Positions 43,804 to 53,811 of a stretch of DNA of 64,000 nucleotides are shown here, piece after piece. The position numbers and the translations under genes were made by a program. The notes below the pieces were generated by a model. That model saw only the letters and a list, made by a program, of their open reading frames with translations, was not told the DNA's origin and ran no database searches. This DNA is from Gammaproteobacteria bacterium. GTDB lineage: Bacteria; Pseudomonadota; Gammaproteobacteria; Eutrophobiales; Eutrophobiaceae. Location of the stretch: the NCBI GenBank assembly GCA_965243205.1, contig CBDEUK010000002.1, positions 608,001 to 672,000 of the forward strand, written 5' to 3'. Numbering within the stretch: position 1 is the first letter of the stretch; each line of letters starts with the position of its first letter.

Positions 43804-44664
43804 CTATGATAACCATCCTTGAATCGTACTGAAGGCAATCACAACTAACCAAAGCACTAAACCACGATTCACTAAGCCAAGCGCTTCATCTAGCCAATCG
43901 GCAATCGAAACATCGTCTAATTTCATATATTGAATGGCTGCTCTTGCTGAATCAACTAACAATTCCTGTTGTGATGCCAAATCTAAGCTATCGTGTTGCT
44001 GCCAAGCTTTCAGTGTATCGGATAAACTACCAACTAACGCAAAGGTTAATACAGTTAGTTGAGTCACTGGCCAATTTAGAATTCGATTTAAATTCTTAAC
44101 AGAATCAGTAAAACCACCATGAATATCGTGTTGTCTGAGATACAATAATTGAGAGAGTTTATAAATAAACGCTCCAAGTGGTCCTAAAACCATGAACCAA
44201 AAAATTACACCGAAAATGTTCACCAAACTTTGTGAAAATAAACCATCTAACAATCGATTTTCATAACTATCATCTTCTGAAATATCGGTCGTTAATTTTG
44301 CAGCCGCATTGTTTAATTCAACTTGATCATTTTCTTTATGTGCTTCGATAAAATCATAAACGCTATCAACGAGAGCTTCACGTTTTAAACAAACAAATAA
44401 TATAAGTACAGAAAATACTGTACCTAATAAACTCCATATATCATTCAAGGCATATAAAACCACTAATAAAATGATACAAGGGAGCAATAATGGTAATAAT
44501 ACGCCAATCGCACTGTTCCATATCCCATAATTAGACACACGTTTTTCCAACCAATACACATGGTCTTGAAACCAGTTAAAACGACGTAGGTGATCAAACC
44601 GTGAAGTCATCCTACCTAAAAATAATGCGATTAAAATTATGATCAGCTGCATCTTATCAACCAA
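43804..44664 (-). CDS. ampE: AmpE-like membrane protein
   Basis: IFGVIFWF.VLGP.GA..Y, FALVG; overlaps ampD. Confidence 0.82.
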   Translation of the reverse strand: MVDKMQLIIILIALFLGRMTSRFDHLRRFNWFQDHVYWLEKRVSNYGIWNSAIGVLLPLLLPCIILLVVLYALNDIWSLLGTVFSVLILFVCLKREALVDSVYDFIEAHKENDQVELNNAAAKLTTDISEDDSYENRLLDGLFSQSLVNIFGVIFWFMVLGPLGAFIYKLSQLLYLRQHDIHGGFTDSVKNLNRILNWPVTQLTVLTFALVGSLSDTLKAWQQHDSLDLASQQELLVDSARAAIQYMKLDDVSIADWLDEALGLVNRGLVLWLVVIAFSTIQGWLS

Positions 44665-45253
44665 ATGTGTTTTCTGTTTCTAATAAATTATAATACGTAT
44701 CCCAATCAAAGTATGGTCCTGGGTCCGTTTTTCTGCCAGGCGCTATATCTGAATGCCCTACAATATTGGTTTTTTTTATATTTGGATAAGTTTTCTGTAT
44801 GAATTGAGTCAATTTGACCAATTTTTCATATTGTATCGTTTCAAATTCAGATTCATCACTCCCCTCAAGTTCAATACCTATCGAAAAATCATTACACACC
44901 TCTCGACCACAAAAAATCGATTTGCCAGCATGCCAAGCTCGCTTATTCAGCGGTACAAATTGGGTAACATCCCCTTTCCTATCGATTAATAAATGCGCTG
45001 AAACCTTCAGATCCGAAATTTCTTTGAAATATTCATGCTTATTTGGATCGAGGTTATTTGTAAACAATTGTTCTATAAATTCACCTCCAAATTGATTGGG
45101 CGGCAAACTGATCGCATGTATCACCAGAAGATCAATTGTCGTATTTTCAGGCCGCTCATCAAAATTTGGTGATTCAATATGACGAATGTCTGTTAACCAA
45201 AGGTCGTCTGAATTTTCTTTGAATTGGTATGTTTCTGTGTTTTGAACTATCAA
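44657..45253 (-). CDS. ampD: 1,6-anhydro-N-acetylmuramyl-L-alanine amidase
   Basis: SPNFDERP, IHAISLPP, AWHAG, NDFSIGIELEG, GHSDIAPGRKTDPG. Confidence 0.96.
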   Translation of the reverse strand: MIVQNTETYQFKENSDDLWLTDIRHIESPNFDERPENTTIDLLVIHAISLPPNQFGGEFIEQLFTNNLDPNKHEYFKEISDLKVSAHLLIDRKGDVTQFVPLNKRAWHAGKSIFCGREVCNDFSIGIELEGSDESEFETIQYEKLVKLTQFIQKTYPNIKKTNIVGHSDIAPGRKTDPGPYFDWDTYYNLLETENTFG

Positions 45254-45310
45254 AGTGTTTTTAACTCATGATAATCTATCAATAATTAAAATAATCTATT
45301 TTACTTACAT

Positions 45311-46081
45311 ATGTGCCGACTCGCAGCTTACATAGGTTCAGAGTTATCTTTGCAAGAGTTTATCATTTCTCCACCACATAGTTTATACAAACAATCGTGG
45401 CAACCAAAAGAAATGCAAGAAGCTACTTTAAACGCCGACGGTTTTGGCTTTGCTTGGTATGATGACAAAAATTCCCCTCGGCATTATCGAAATACTGTAC
45501 CTATCTGGGCTGATGTCAATCTGATGCAATTATCCTCTACATTAAAGTCTAACCTATGGCTTGCGTATGTTAGGAGTGCAACACCAGGACAAGGAATGGG
45601 TATTAATAATACTCAACCATTTATCCATGAAAATCTAACGTTTGTACATAATGGATTCATCAAAGAATTTGATCATGTTAAAACTCAGTTTATAGAATTT
45701 CTTTCGACAGAAATCCTCGCAGACATAAAAGGTGATACGGATTCAGAATACCTATTCGCCTTATTTAAACAGATTTACTCAAATCATAATTCTATCTTAG
45801 ATAGCTACAAAGAATTTTGTCAGCAACTAAAAATTTTATGTGGAGAAAAAATTGCCTTAGTCAATATTATAATTTCAGATGGTCGTAATATTGGTGCATT
45901 AAAATTTGCACATAATTCTCAACCACCTTCTTTATATTATTTAATAACAGAAAATGGAATTGAAAAGAGTATCCGAATTGCATCTGAGCCATTTGATGAT
46001 CAAATATGGGAATCTATACCAAGCAACTCTGTATTATTAATCGATAAGAATCTCTTATGCCAAACGTATCGACTCGACTAG
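45311..46081 (+). CDS. egtC: EgtC-like class II glutamine amidotransferase
   Basis: MCRLAAY with N-terminal Cys, NADGFG, VRSAT, HNG, TDSE, ASEP; coupled to egtB. Confidence 0.8.
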   Translation: MCRLAAYIGSELSLQEFIISPPHSLYKQSWQPKEMQEATLNADGFGFAWYDDKNSPRHYRNTVPIWADVNLMQLSSTLKSNLWLAYVRSATPGQGMGINNTQPFIHENLTFVHNGFIKEFDHVKTQFIEFLSTEILADIKGDTDSEYLFALFKQIYSNHNSILDSYKEFCQQLKILCGEKIALVNIIISDGRNIGALKFAHNSQPPSLYYLITENGIEKSIRIASEPFDDQIWESIPSNSVLLIDKNLLCQTYRLD

Positions 46082-47223
46082 ACGTACTCATAAACCGTCT
46101 TAGCGAATTACAAAAACAATGTATTCTTCTATTCGAACAAGCTGGAGAAAACCATTATAAAACACAATATCATAATGATTTAAGTCCTATTGGCTGGCAT
46201 CTTGGACATTGTGTATACACAGAAAATTATTGGGTCAAAGAAGCATGGTTACAATTAGAAACCTGTAATGATCAACTTAAACGTTTATACATTCCTGAAT
46301 TTTCAAAAAAGACCTTGCGGGGGGAATCATTACCTGATTTTTATACGCTAAAGAATTGGTCTCAAGAACTCCAACAAACGAATATTCGATTACTGATTGA
46401 ACATCATTTATCTGATCATCACTTAGCATATGATTATTTTATCATTCGTTTTTTAATTCAACACTATGCCCAACACTTAGAAACCATGCAGATGGTTTTA
46501 CAAGCAAAAGCCATTTCAGAGTCAATAAATATTATAAGTAATACGTTTTCTCAAGCAATACAAAGTAAAGAAACGATTACGATACCATCGGGCAATTATC
46601 AAATTGGCAATGATCGGCAAGGTTTCTTTTACGATAATGAATTAATAGAACATGATATAAAGCTTGATAGATTTACCATTACTACAAACCCGGTAACAAA
46701 CAGTGACTATTTAGCCTTTATGAATGATCAAGGATATGAACGTATAGACTTATGGCCTACATCTGCCCATAAATGGTTACATCAAAACTTGCATAAACAT
46801 CCATTCCATTGGCAAAAAAATCAAGATGATAAATGGTCTATCGTTACCACTGGCAGCTCACAAACTCTTGTCGACAATGAACCAGTCTATGGTATCAATT
46901 GGTATGAGGCCTCAGCATATGCTAAATGGTCAAAGGCTCGATTACCACATGAATATGAATGGGAAGTTGCGTGCAAAATGAATTTGCTAGAACAAATAGG
47001 AACTGCTTGGGAATGGTGCAGTAATACTTTTCATGCTTATCCTGACTTTAAAGCTTATCCATACGAAGGCTACTCCTTACCTTATTTTGATAACAATCAC
47101 TATGTCTTAAAAGGCGGCAGTCGATTTACACAAGAAGAAATAAAACGCCCAAGTTTTCGAAACTATTACGAACCCGATAAACGTCATCACTTTGCTGGAT
47201 TGCGCTTGGCTTACGACAAATAA
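46057..47223 (+). CDS. egtB: EgtB-family non-heme iron sulfoxide synthase (DinB + FGE-sulfatase)
   Basis: SPIGWHLGH, HYAQH iron ligands, YDNE, RLP.E.EWE, YPYEGYS, FRNYY, FAGLRLA. Confidence 0.8.
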   Translation: MPNVSTRLDVLINRLSELQKQCILLFEQAGENHYKTQYHNDLSPIGWHLGHCVYTENYWVKEAWLQLETCNDQLKRLYIPEFSKKTLRGESLPDFYTLKNWSQELQQTNIRLLIEHHLSDHHLAYDYFIIRFLIQHYAQHLETMQMVLQAKAISESINIISNTFSQAIQSKETITIPSGNYQIGNDRQGFFYDNELIEHDIKLDRFTITTNPVTNSDYLAFMNDQGYERIDLWPTSAHKWLHQNLHKHPFHWQKNQDDKWSIVTTGSSQTLVDNEPVYGINWYEASAYAKWSKARLPHEYEWEVACKMNLLEQIGTAWEWCSNTFHAYPDFKAYPYEGYSLPYFDNNHYVLKGGSRFTQEEIKRPSFRNYYEPDKRHHFAGLRLAYDK

Positions 47224-47230
47224 ACTTGGA

Positions 47231-47827
47231 CTATTTAGCAGCTTCAGCAGGTTTTGCTGCTTCCAGTAATTCAGTTATTTCTTTAGCTTTTAAATTTTCG
47301 GCAATCATCATTGCCGTTTTATTATTTTTATCTGCAATGGTCACGTCAGCACCTGCATCCAATAATAAAGTAGTTAACTTAATATCTTTTTTATTCACTG
47401 CGATCATCAATGCTGTACGCCCATTATTATCTTTGGCATCAACATCCGCGCCTTCTATTAATAATTCTTCCATAACGCGAACGTTTTTGTAGAAGGTTGC
47501 GCCCATTAATGCTGTGCGTCCTAAAGCATTCGTTGCATTGATATCGGCCCCATTTTCAATCAACATTTGTAATCGTTTAAAACGACCTTGTTTTGCCGCC
47601 ATGTAAATTTCAGGAGGTTTTGTTTCTTTAGGGGTTGCAGATGAGTCTTCTGCTGTAGATTCTTCGGTTGTTGATTCAGTTTCAGCAGCGGCTGGATCAG
47701 CTGCTTCGGCCGCCTCTTGGCCTGATACTGTTATCGAAAACAGTATCAGGCTTATGGCACAGATACACGTCGCATAATGTCTGGTACTAAAAATACGGCT
47801 CATATTCACTTTATCGTCAATTTTCAT
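47231..47827 (-). CDS. Exported ankyrin-repeat protein (true start possibly 47803)
   Basis: Signal-like segment, acidic linker, repeated GADIN/GRTALM units. Confidence 0.88.
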   Translation of the reverse strand: MKIDDKVNMSRIFSTRHYATCICAISLILFSITVSGQEAAEAADPAAAETESTTEESTAEDSSATPKETKPPEIYMAAKQGRFKRLQMLIENGADINATNALGRTALMGATFYKNVRVMEELLIEGADVDAKDNNGRTALMIAVNKKDIKLTTLLLDAGADVTIADKNNKTAMMIAENLKAKEITELLEAAKPAEAAK

Positions 47828-47896
47828 AAGATATTTAGTACAAAATTCGTTCCAACTGAATCTTTTTCAAACAAGATGTTATGGCATAATCACCCT

Positions 47897-48427
47897 ATGC
47901 AAGAACACAATGAACAAAAAAGCATGGGTCAATGGATGATCGCCGCAGGTTGGATCGTTTTTTTATTATTGTTAACCATGTTTTTTGGTGATTTCTTAGA
48001 AAAAGAAAATAACCCTAATCAAACACCTCTTTCTTCCAGTGATAATCAAACACGTACTGTCGTTCTCAAACAAAACCGTTATGGTCATTACGTTGCTACG
48101 GGGGCAATTAATCAAGAGCCTGTAATTTTTTTTCTTGATACAGGCGCAACTGATGTTAGTGTTCCGCAATCAGTCGCTAATAGGCTAAACCTAAAACTCG
48201 GCTGGGCCAGCTCAGTCAATACTGCAAACGGTACTGTCTCCGTTTATTCCACGGAATTACAATCTGTCAGTCTCGGTTCCATTGAAGTCAGAAATGTTCG
48301 TGCACATATCAACCCTCATATGGAAGGTGATGAAATATTATTGGGCATGAGTTTTTTGAAACACCTGGCTTTTTCACAACAAGGCGATAAGCTGACCTTA
48401 ACTCAAACAACAACGGCTTCACCATAA
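47897..48427 (+). CDS. Clan AA (retropepsin-like, TIGR02281) aspartic protease
   Basis: GHY, FLDTGAT, TANG, LLGMSFL; start trimmed to MQEH. Confidence 0.9.
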   Translation: MQEHNEQKSMGQWMIAAGWIVFLLLLTMFFGDFLEKENNPNQTPLSSSDNQTRTVVLKQNRYGHYVATGAINQEPVIFFLDTGATDVSVPQSVANRLNLKLGWASSVNTANGTVSVYSTELQSVSLGSIEVRNVRAHINPHMEGDEILLGMSFLKHLAFSQQGDKLTLTQTTTASP

Positions 48428-49779
48428 TGCTAAAAAAAATCTTAGGCTGTGTTTCTGAACAAACTTGTATCAATGATCTCAATAGCATTATTTGGGGAGA
48501 GTATGTACTCATACCGTTACTGGCTTTAGTTGGAATTTATTTAACCATCGGTTTAAAAGCCATTACCTGGCGTACTGCCATTCCTGCCTTTTACACTCTG
48601 TGGCGTAGTCGTTCTGCCAATAATCAACAAGGTGATATCCCGCCTTTTCATGCACTCATGACAGCTTTATCAGCAACAATAGGCACAGGTAATATTGCAG
48701 GTGTAGCAACTGCAATCGTGGCTGGAGGACCTGGTGCTATATTTTGGATGTGGATCATCGCTTTATTCGGCATGGCGACAAAATATGCTGAAGCCGTATT
48801 GGCCGTAAAATACCGTGAACAAGATGAATTAGGTAACTACGTTGGTGGACCAATGTATTACATCAAAAATGGTCTTGGTCATCATTGGCATTGGCTTGGT
48901 AGTGCATTCGCCCTATTCGGAATGTTCGCAGCCTTTGGTATAGGTAACTTGGTTCAGTCCAATTCCGTTGCAGCAGTCGTACAATCAAATTTAGGTGTTG
49001 ATACAACAATTACAGGAGCAATATTAGCAATATTAGCCGCAGTGGTAATTCTAGGCGGTATCCAACGAATTGGGGTCGTTGCTGCGAAACTTGTACCGCT
49101 GATGGCAATAGCCTATATCATCTGTGCGCTGTATATCATACTGACACATATCACCGAAATACCTTCTGCGTTATCTTTGATTATCTATCATGCCTTTAAT
49201 GAAACTGCGGCTACAGGTGGTTTTGCTGGCGCGACAGTTTGGGCCGCTATCCGTTTTGGTGTAGCACGCGGTATCTTTTCAAATGAAGCGGGATTAGGCA
49301 GTGCGCCAATTGCACATGCTGCTGCACAAACGTCTGATCCTGTAACACAAGGTAAGATTGCTATGCTTGGTACTTTGATCGATACCTTAATCATTTGCAC
49401 CATGACGGCTTTAATTATTTTAATCAGTGGAGAATGGACTGGCGGTAGTAATGGCGCAGCACTTTCTTCCAATGCATTTGCCTTTGGTATTCCTGGTTTT
49501 GGTGGTTATGTTGTGGCAATTGCTTTAACCGTATTTGCTTTCACAACAATATTAGGCTGGAGTTATTATGGTGAACGTTGTGCTGAATATATTTTCGGAA
49601 TCAAAGCGATCATCATCTATCGTATAGCTTGGATAGTGGTAATATTCACTGGTGCAATTATTCATAAGATTGAAATTGTCTGGAACTTATCAGATTTGCT
49701 CAACGGTTTGATGGCCTTACCAAATTTAATCGCCCTACTCTTATTAAGCCCCATCGTTTTTAAACTCTCTAAGAAATAA
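48427..49779 (+). CDS. Alanine/glycine:cation symporter
   Basis: TIGTGNIAG, GGPGAIFWMW, FSNEAGLGS. Confidence 0.94.
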   Translation: MLKKILGCVSEQTCINDLNSIIWGEYVLIPLLALVGIYLTIGLKAITWRTAIPAFYTLWRSRSANNQQGDIPPFHALMTALSATIGTGNIAGVATAIVAGGPGAIFWMWIIALFGMATKYAEAVLAVKYREQDELGNYVGGPMYYIKNGLGHHWHWLGSAFALFGMFAAFGIGNLVQSNSVAAVVQSNLGVDTTITGAILAILAAVVILGGIQRIGVVAAKLVPLMAIAYIICALYIILTHITEIPSALSLIIYHAFNETAATGGFAGATVWAAIRFGVARGIFSNEAGLGSAPIAHAAAQTSDPVTQGKIAMLGTLIDTLIICTMTALIILISGEWTGGSNGAALSSNAFAFGIPGFGGYVVAIALTVFAFTTILGWSYYGERCAEYIFGIKAIIIYRIAWIVVIFTGAIIHKIEIVWNLSDLLNGLMALPNLIALLLLSPIVFKLSKK

Positions 49780-49784
49780 TTTAC

Positions 49785-50624
49785 ATGCATACCTTACCTG
49801 ATGATATTAATAAAGTCGTAGCCTTTGCCTTAGAAGAAGACATAAAAACTGGTGACGTTACAGCCAACTTAATCCCTGAAAATTCTCTATCAACCGCCAA
49901 GGTCATTTGTCGTGAACAAGCTGTTCTAAGTGGTAAAGCTTGGTTTGACGAAGTTTTCCATCAACTTGATAACGCTATTTCCATCGATTGGAAATTTAAT
50001 GATGGTGATGTAATCTCAACTGATGATGAGATATGTCGATTACATGGCAATACTCGAACGATTTTAACGGGTGAACGTACTGCATTAAACTTTTTACAGA
50101 CTCTTTCTGGAACCGCGACCATCGTGCATGAATATAGTCAATTGGTTAAAGATTACTCTACAAAAATCCTAGATACTCGGAAAACCATTCCAGGTCTACG
50201 TAACGCCCAAAAATACGCTGTTCTATGTGGCGGAGGCATGAACCATCGCATGGGCTTATACGATGCTATCTTGATAAAAGAAAATCATATTATTGCTGCC
50301 GGCAGTATTGAAAAAGCCGTCGAACAAGCAAAAAAACAAAACGTCCCAATCGAAGTTGAAGTTGAATCCATTGATGAGTTAGAGCAAGCCATTGCCGCTG
50401 GTACGGATCGAGTATTACTTGATAACTTCAGCCTTGAAATGTTAGAACAGGCAGTCGATCTGAATAATATGATTACTGCAGGAAAAGTTGAGCTTGAAGC
50501 TTCAGGCGGAGTGGATGAATCCACACTTGAACATATTGCAGCTACTGGTGTGAACTATGTTTCCATCGGTGGCCTTACTAAACACCTTAAAGCCACCGAC
50601 TTTTCTATGCGGTTTGTAGAATAA
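49785..50624 (+). CDS. nadC: Quinolinate phosphoribosyltransferase
   Basis: ERTALN, DTRKT, HRMGL.D, KENH, LLDN, EASGG. Confidence 0.97.
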   Translation: MHTLPDDINKVVAFALEEDIKTGDVTANLIPENSLSTAKVICREQAVLSGKAWFDEVFHQLDNAISIDWKFNDGDVISTDDEICRLHGNTRTILTGERTALNFLQTLSGTATIVHEYSQLVKDYSTKILDTRKTIPGLRNAQKYAVLCGGGMNHRMGLYDAILIKENHIIAAGSIEKAVEQAKKQNVPIEVEVESIDELEQAIAAGTDRVLLDNFSLEMLEQAVDLNNMITAGKVELEASGGVDESTLEHIAATGVNYVSIGGLTKHLKATDFSMRFVE

Positions 50625-50626
50625 AC

Positions 50627-51250
50627 TTATAGACGTTCTTTAACTGTTGTATAAACAGCTTCTAACAATTCGTCACTGCCTGCTAATACTTCCTCTAATT
50701 GTTTAGCACGATCATCAGCAAACTCTTTGTCCTTGATACCGCCGATATTAATATAAACATTTAATGCGGCGCTTCTTAATGCTCCATAAGCTGCTAAGAC
50801 AGAAACACCTGAATCACTGATGACATTCTTGTTGCCTTTTTCAGCAACTGGTTTACTCACTTCCATAACTTCACGCGCTAACTTTGCACATGCTAAAGGA
50901 ACATCGGTCGCTTCTTTTAAAGCCTCTTGAATTTCAGCCGACCGAGCTGCTTTTTCATCATCGGTTTCTTTCGGCATACCATAAGCACCCATCACTCGAT
51001 CGAATACATCCATATCCGCTTTTATCATATCCATCATACGTGAACGCATATCTTCTGTTTTCTTTAGGGCTTCTTGCATTTCAGCATCGACTTCCTCGTA
51101 ATTTTTCTTACCAACGGTCAGATTGCATACCATGCTGGTAAGTGCTGCGCCCATAGCACCCATAATCGCTGCCGCACCACCACCACCAGGTGTTGGCGCA
51201 CTGCTGGCTAACGCATCTAAAAATTCAGAAATCGGTTGGTCTTTAATCAT
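50627..51250 (-). CDS. fchA: Methenyltetrahydrofolate cyclohydrolase (FTCD_C fold)
   Basis: LASSAPTPGGG, NLT.GKK, GNKNVISD, NV.IN; divergent from mtdA. Confidence 0.9.
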   Translation of the reverse strand: MIKDQPISEFLDALASSAPTPGGGGAAAIMGAMGAALTSMVCNLTVGKKNYEEVDAEMQEALKKTEDMRSRMMDMIKADMDVFDRVMGAYGMPKETDDEKAARSAEIQEALKEATDVPLACAKLAREVMEVSKPVAEKGNKNVISDSGVSVLAAYGALRSAALNVYINIGGIKDKEFADDRAKQLEEVLAGSDELLEAVYTTVKERL

Positions 51251-51495
51251 AATCGCCTCTCAAAAAGTATTAATTATTCGTTTTTTATTAAAAAAATGGC
51301 CGGTAATTATACGGCAGATATCTCTTTAGTCGAACTTAGATGTTGTGGTGAATCTCTGCTTCGGTTAATTTATAGGCCCATTAGACACGGCAGTTAGTGC
51401 AACATAATAACTACAAATAATAAGATGGACAGACTATATAAGTCCTATCTATTTGAATTATATATATTTTATTTCCAGAGAGAGAAAGTATTTCA

Positions 51496-52353
51496 ATGAA
51501 AAAACTGTTATTTCAACTAGACACTGATGAACATCCATCAGTATTTGATACTGTTGTCGCATACGACGGCGGCGCTGATCACGTAATCGGTCATGGTAAT
51601 GTGACCCCTGATAATGTCACTCCATTAGTTGAAGGCACCATCTTTACGCGTGCACCGAAAGAAAAAAAACACACAGCCATTTTTGTTGGTGGTAGTGATA
51701 TGGTTGCCGGCGAAAAATTGTTCAAAGCGGTGCAAAAGAATTTCTTTGCTGATTTCCGTGTATCAGTGATGCTCGACAGCAACGGTAGTAATACCACTGC
51801 TGCCGCAGGCGTTGCCAAAATGCTAACCAGTGGTGCACTCGAAGGCAAAGAAACGGTTATCTTGGCAGGCACAGGCCCTGTTGGTCGTCGTGCCGCTGTG
51901 ATGATGTGTATGGAAGGTGCTAATGTCACCATAACTTCACGTAGTGTAGAACGAGCCCAACAAGCTTGTGATGAAATCAAAAAAAGTTTTGGTGTTGATG
52001 TGAAAGCAGCCGAAGGTGCCGATAATGAAACTCGTGCAAAATTAATTGAGAATGCTCAAATTGTCTTTGCGACAGGCGCTGCAGGCGTTGAACTATTAAA
52101 AGAAGAGCATTGGAAAGATAATCCAAATATCGAAATTATGGCCGATGCGAATGCGACACCACCTTTGGGTATTGGCGGCACTGATATGTTAGACAAAGGC
52201 AATGATCGCCATGGCAAAGCGATGTGGGGTGCTATTGGTTTTGGAACGTTAAAATTGGCTGTGCATCGAGCTTGCATCGATAAACTATTTGAATCGAATG
52301 CTCAAACATTTGATGCCGAAGATATATTCAAGCTAGCAAAAGAAATGGCCTAA
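51496..52353 (+). CDS. mtdA: NADP-dependent methylene-H4MPT/H4F dehydrogenase
   Basis: KKLLFQLDTD..PSVFD, YDGGAD, MLDSNGSNTTAAAGV, GTGPVG. Confidence 0.92.
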   Translation: MKKLLFQLDTDEHPSVFDTVVAYDGGADHVIGHGNVTPDNVTPLVEGTIFTRAPKEKKHTAIFVGGSDMVAGEKLFKAVQKNFFADFRVSVMLDSNGSNTTAAAGVAKMLTSGALEGKETVILAGTGPVGRRAAVMMCMEGANVTITSRSVERAQQACDEIKKSFGVDVKAAEGADNETRAKLIENAQIVFATGAAGVELLKEEHWKDNPNIEIMADANATPPLGIGGTDMLDKGNDRHGKAMWGAIGFGTLKLAVHRACIDKLFESNAQTFDAEDIFKLAKEMA

Positions 52354-52377
52354 CTCTTCCAACCTAAGTTTCATAAT

Positions 52378-52410
52378 ACAAAAAACAGGCTTTCGGGCCT
52401 GTTTTTTTGT
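52378..52410 (+). terminator. Intrinsic terminator after mtdA
   Basis: AAAAAACAGGC-tttcgg-GCCTGTTTTTTT. Confidence 0.85.
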
Positions 52411-52523
52411 GATTAAAACCTAGTAAAAAAATCGTTTATTTTCATCAAGATTTAGTACAATGTTGCTCCATTCAAATAAACTATTTCATTAATTAACCAT
52501 CCAGCTTAAATCAGAAGGGCAAA

Positions 52524-53777
52524 ATGAAATTGATAAACTCTTTTACACTCGGACGAATTGTATTTATCTCAATTGCGACTATCGCATTCCTATTACCTAA
52601 ATCCGTCTATGCAGATGCACTTGAAGATGGTAAAGCAGCATACCTTGAAAAAGACTATGCAAAGGCAATGGAGTTATTAAAACCTCTAGCAGAACAGGGA
52701 AATTCAGAAGCTCAAGTCACTGTAGGCATCATGTATGACTATGGCCATGGTATCGATGCAAATCCTGAAGAAGCATTTAAATGGTATAAATTAGCAGCCG
52801 AACAAGGTATTCCTGTCGTACAACATGATCTTGGCGTAAAGTATTTTCAAGGTATCGGAGTGGAGCAAGATTATGCCGAGGCGACTAAATGGTGGGAAAT
52901 GTCTTCGAATGCTGGACTTGCAGATTCTCAATTTAATTTAGGTCTTATGTATTACCGTGGTTTAGGTCACAAACAAGATTTTGCTAAAGCAAAAGGTTTA
53001 TTTGAAAAAGCTGCCGAACAAGGTCATGGTCATGCTCAATATAGCCTTGCTGTCATGCATGCCTTTGGTCAAGGTATCGATAGTGATTATGAAACAGCTT
53101 TAAAATGGTTTAATAAATCAGCAGATCAAAATATTGCACAAGCTCAATACAACTTAGGTGTCTTTTATGAAAATGGTTACGGGGTAGAAACCGATCTAGA
53201 CGTAGCACGCTCATGGTATGAAAAAGCAGCTTTACAAAACTTACCAGAAGCACAAAAAAAACTTGATAAACTCACCTCAAACGAAAAACAACCCGATCCA
53301 GTTACTACTCCAACCGAAACAGAAGATGTAGCTGTTGAGACAGCAAGCTACCCAGTTGCAGAGGAAACTACAACAGCAACAGCAAAACCAGAGCCTAAAA
53401 GAATTCCTGTTTCACCAAAACCTGAGACAACTGTCTCTACTCCAACTCCTCAACCTGCACCAGTTAGTTATGCATCAGGAGAGATAAAAACAGCCGATTG
53501 GGTAATGCAGCAAGATCCAAATGCTTATACTATCCAAATTGGTAGTAGTTCTAGTGAAGATGGTGTGATTCGATTTTTAAAGCAGGGTAATTTTTCAACT
53601 GTAACTGCTTATGTGAAAGTATTTGTAAAAGAAGCCTATCGATATTCTGCATTGTATGGAAGCTTTGCTTCCTACTCTGAAGCCGAAAGCGCGATTGCAA
53701 ATCTTCCACAAGATATTCAAACAACTAAGCCATGGGTAAGAAAGTTTAAAACTATCCAGGCATTAGTTAAGAATTAG
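52524..53777 (+). CDS. Exported Sel1-repeat protein with C-terminal SPOR domain
   Basis: Signal peptide, 5-6 AQ..LG.MY..G.G repeats, P/T linker, YTIQI...YGSF...KPWVR. Confidence 0.88.
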   Translation: MKLINSFTLGRIVFISIATIAFLLPKSVYADALEDGKAAYLEKDYAKAMELLKPLAEQGNSEAQVTVGIMYDYGHGIDANPEEAFKWYKLAAEQGIPVVQHDLGVKYFQGIGVEQDYAEATKWWEMSSNAGLADSQFNLGLMYYRGLGHKQDFAKAKGLFEKAAEQGHGHAQYSLAVMHAFGQGIDSDYETALKWFNKSADQNIAQAQYNLGVFYENGYGVETDLDVARSWYEKAALQNLPEAQKKLDKLTSNEKQPDPVTTPTETEDVAVETASYPVAEETTTATAKPEPKRIPVSPKPETTVSTPTPQPAPVSYASGEIKTADWVMQQDPNAYTIQIGSSSSEDGVIRFLKQGNFSTVTAYVKVFVKEAYRYSALYGSFASYSEAESAIANLPQDIQTTKPWVRKFKTIQALVKN

Positions 53778-53811
53778 TCATATTAATTTATAGTATAAAT
53801 TTCATTAGTTA

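Noticed and set aside
47777-47896. Overlapping 5' extensions of the aspartic protease and ankyrin ORFs
   Set aside because: Downstream starts (47897 and 47803) remove the overlap and leave a normal divergent promoter gap.
51251-51495. Possible ZTP/THF riboswitch between fchA and mtdA
   Set aside because: I could not find the conserved cores or a convincing stem set by eye; cmscan would settle it.
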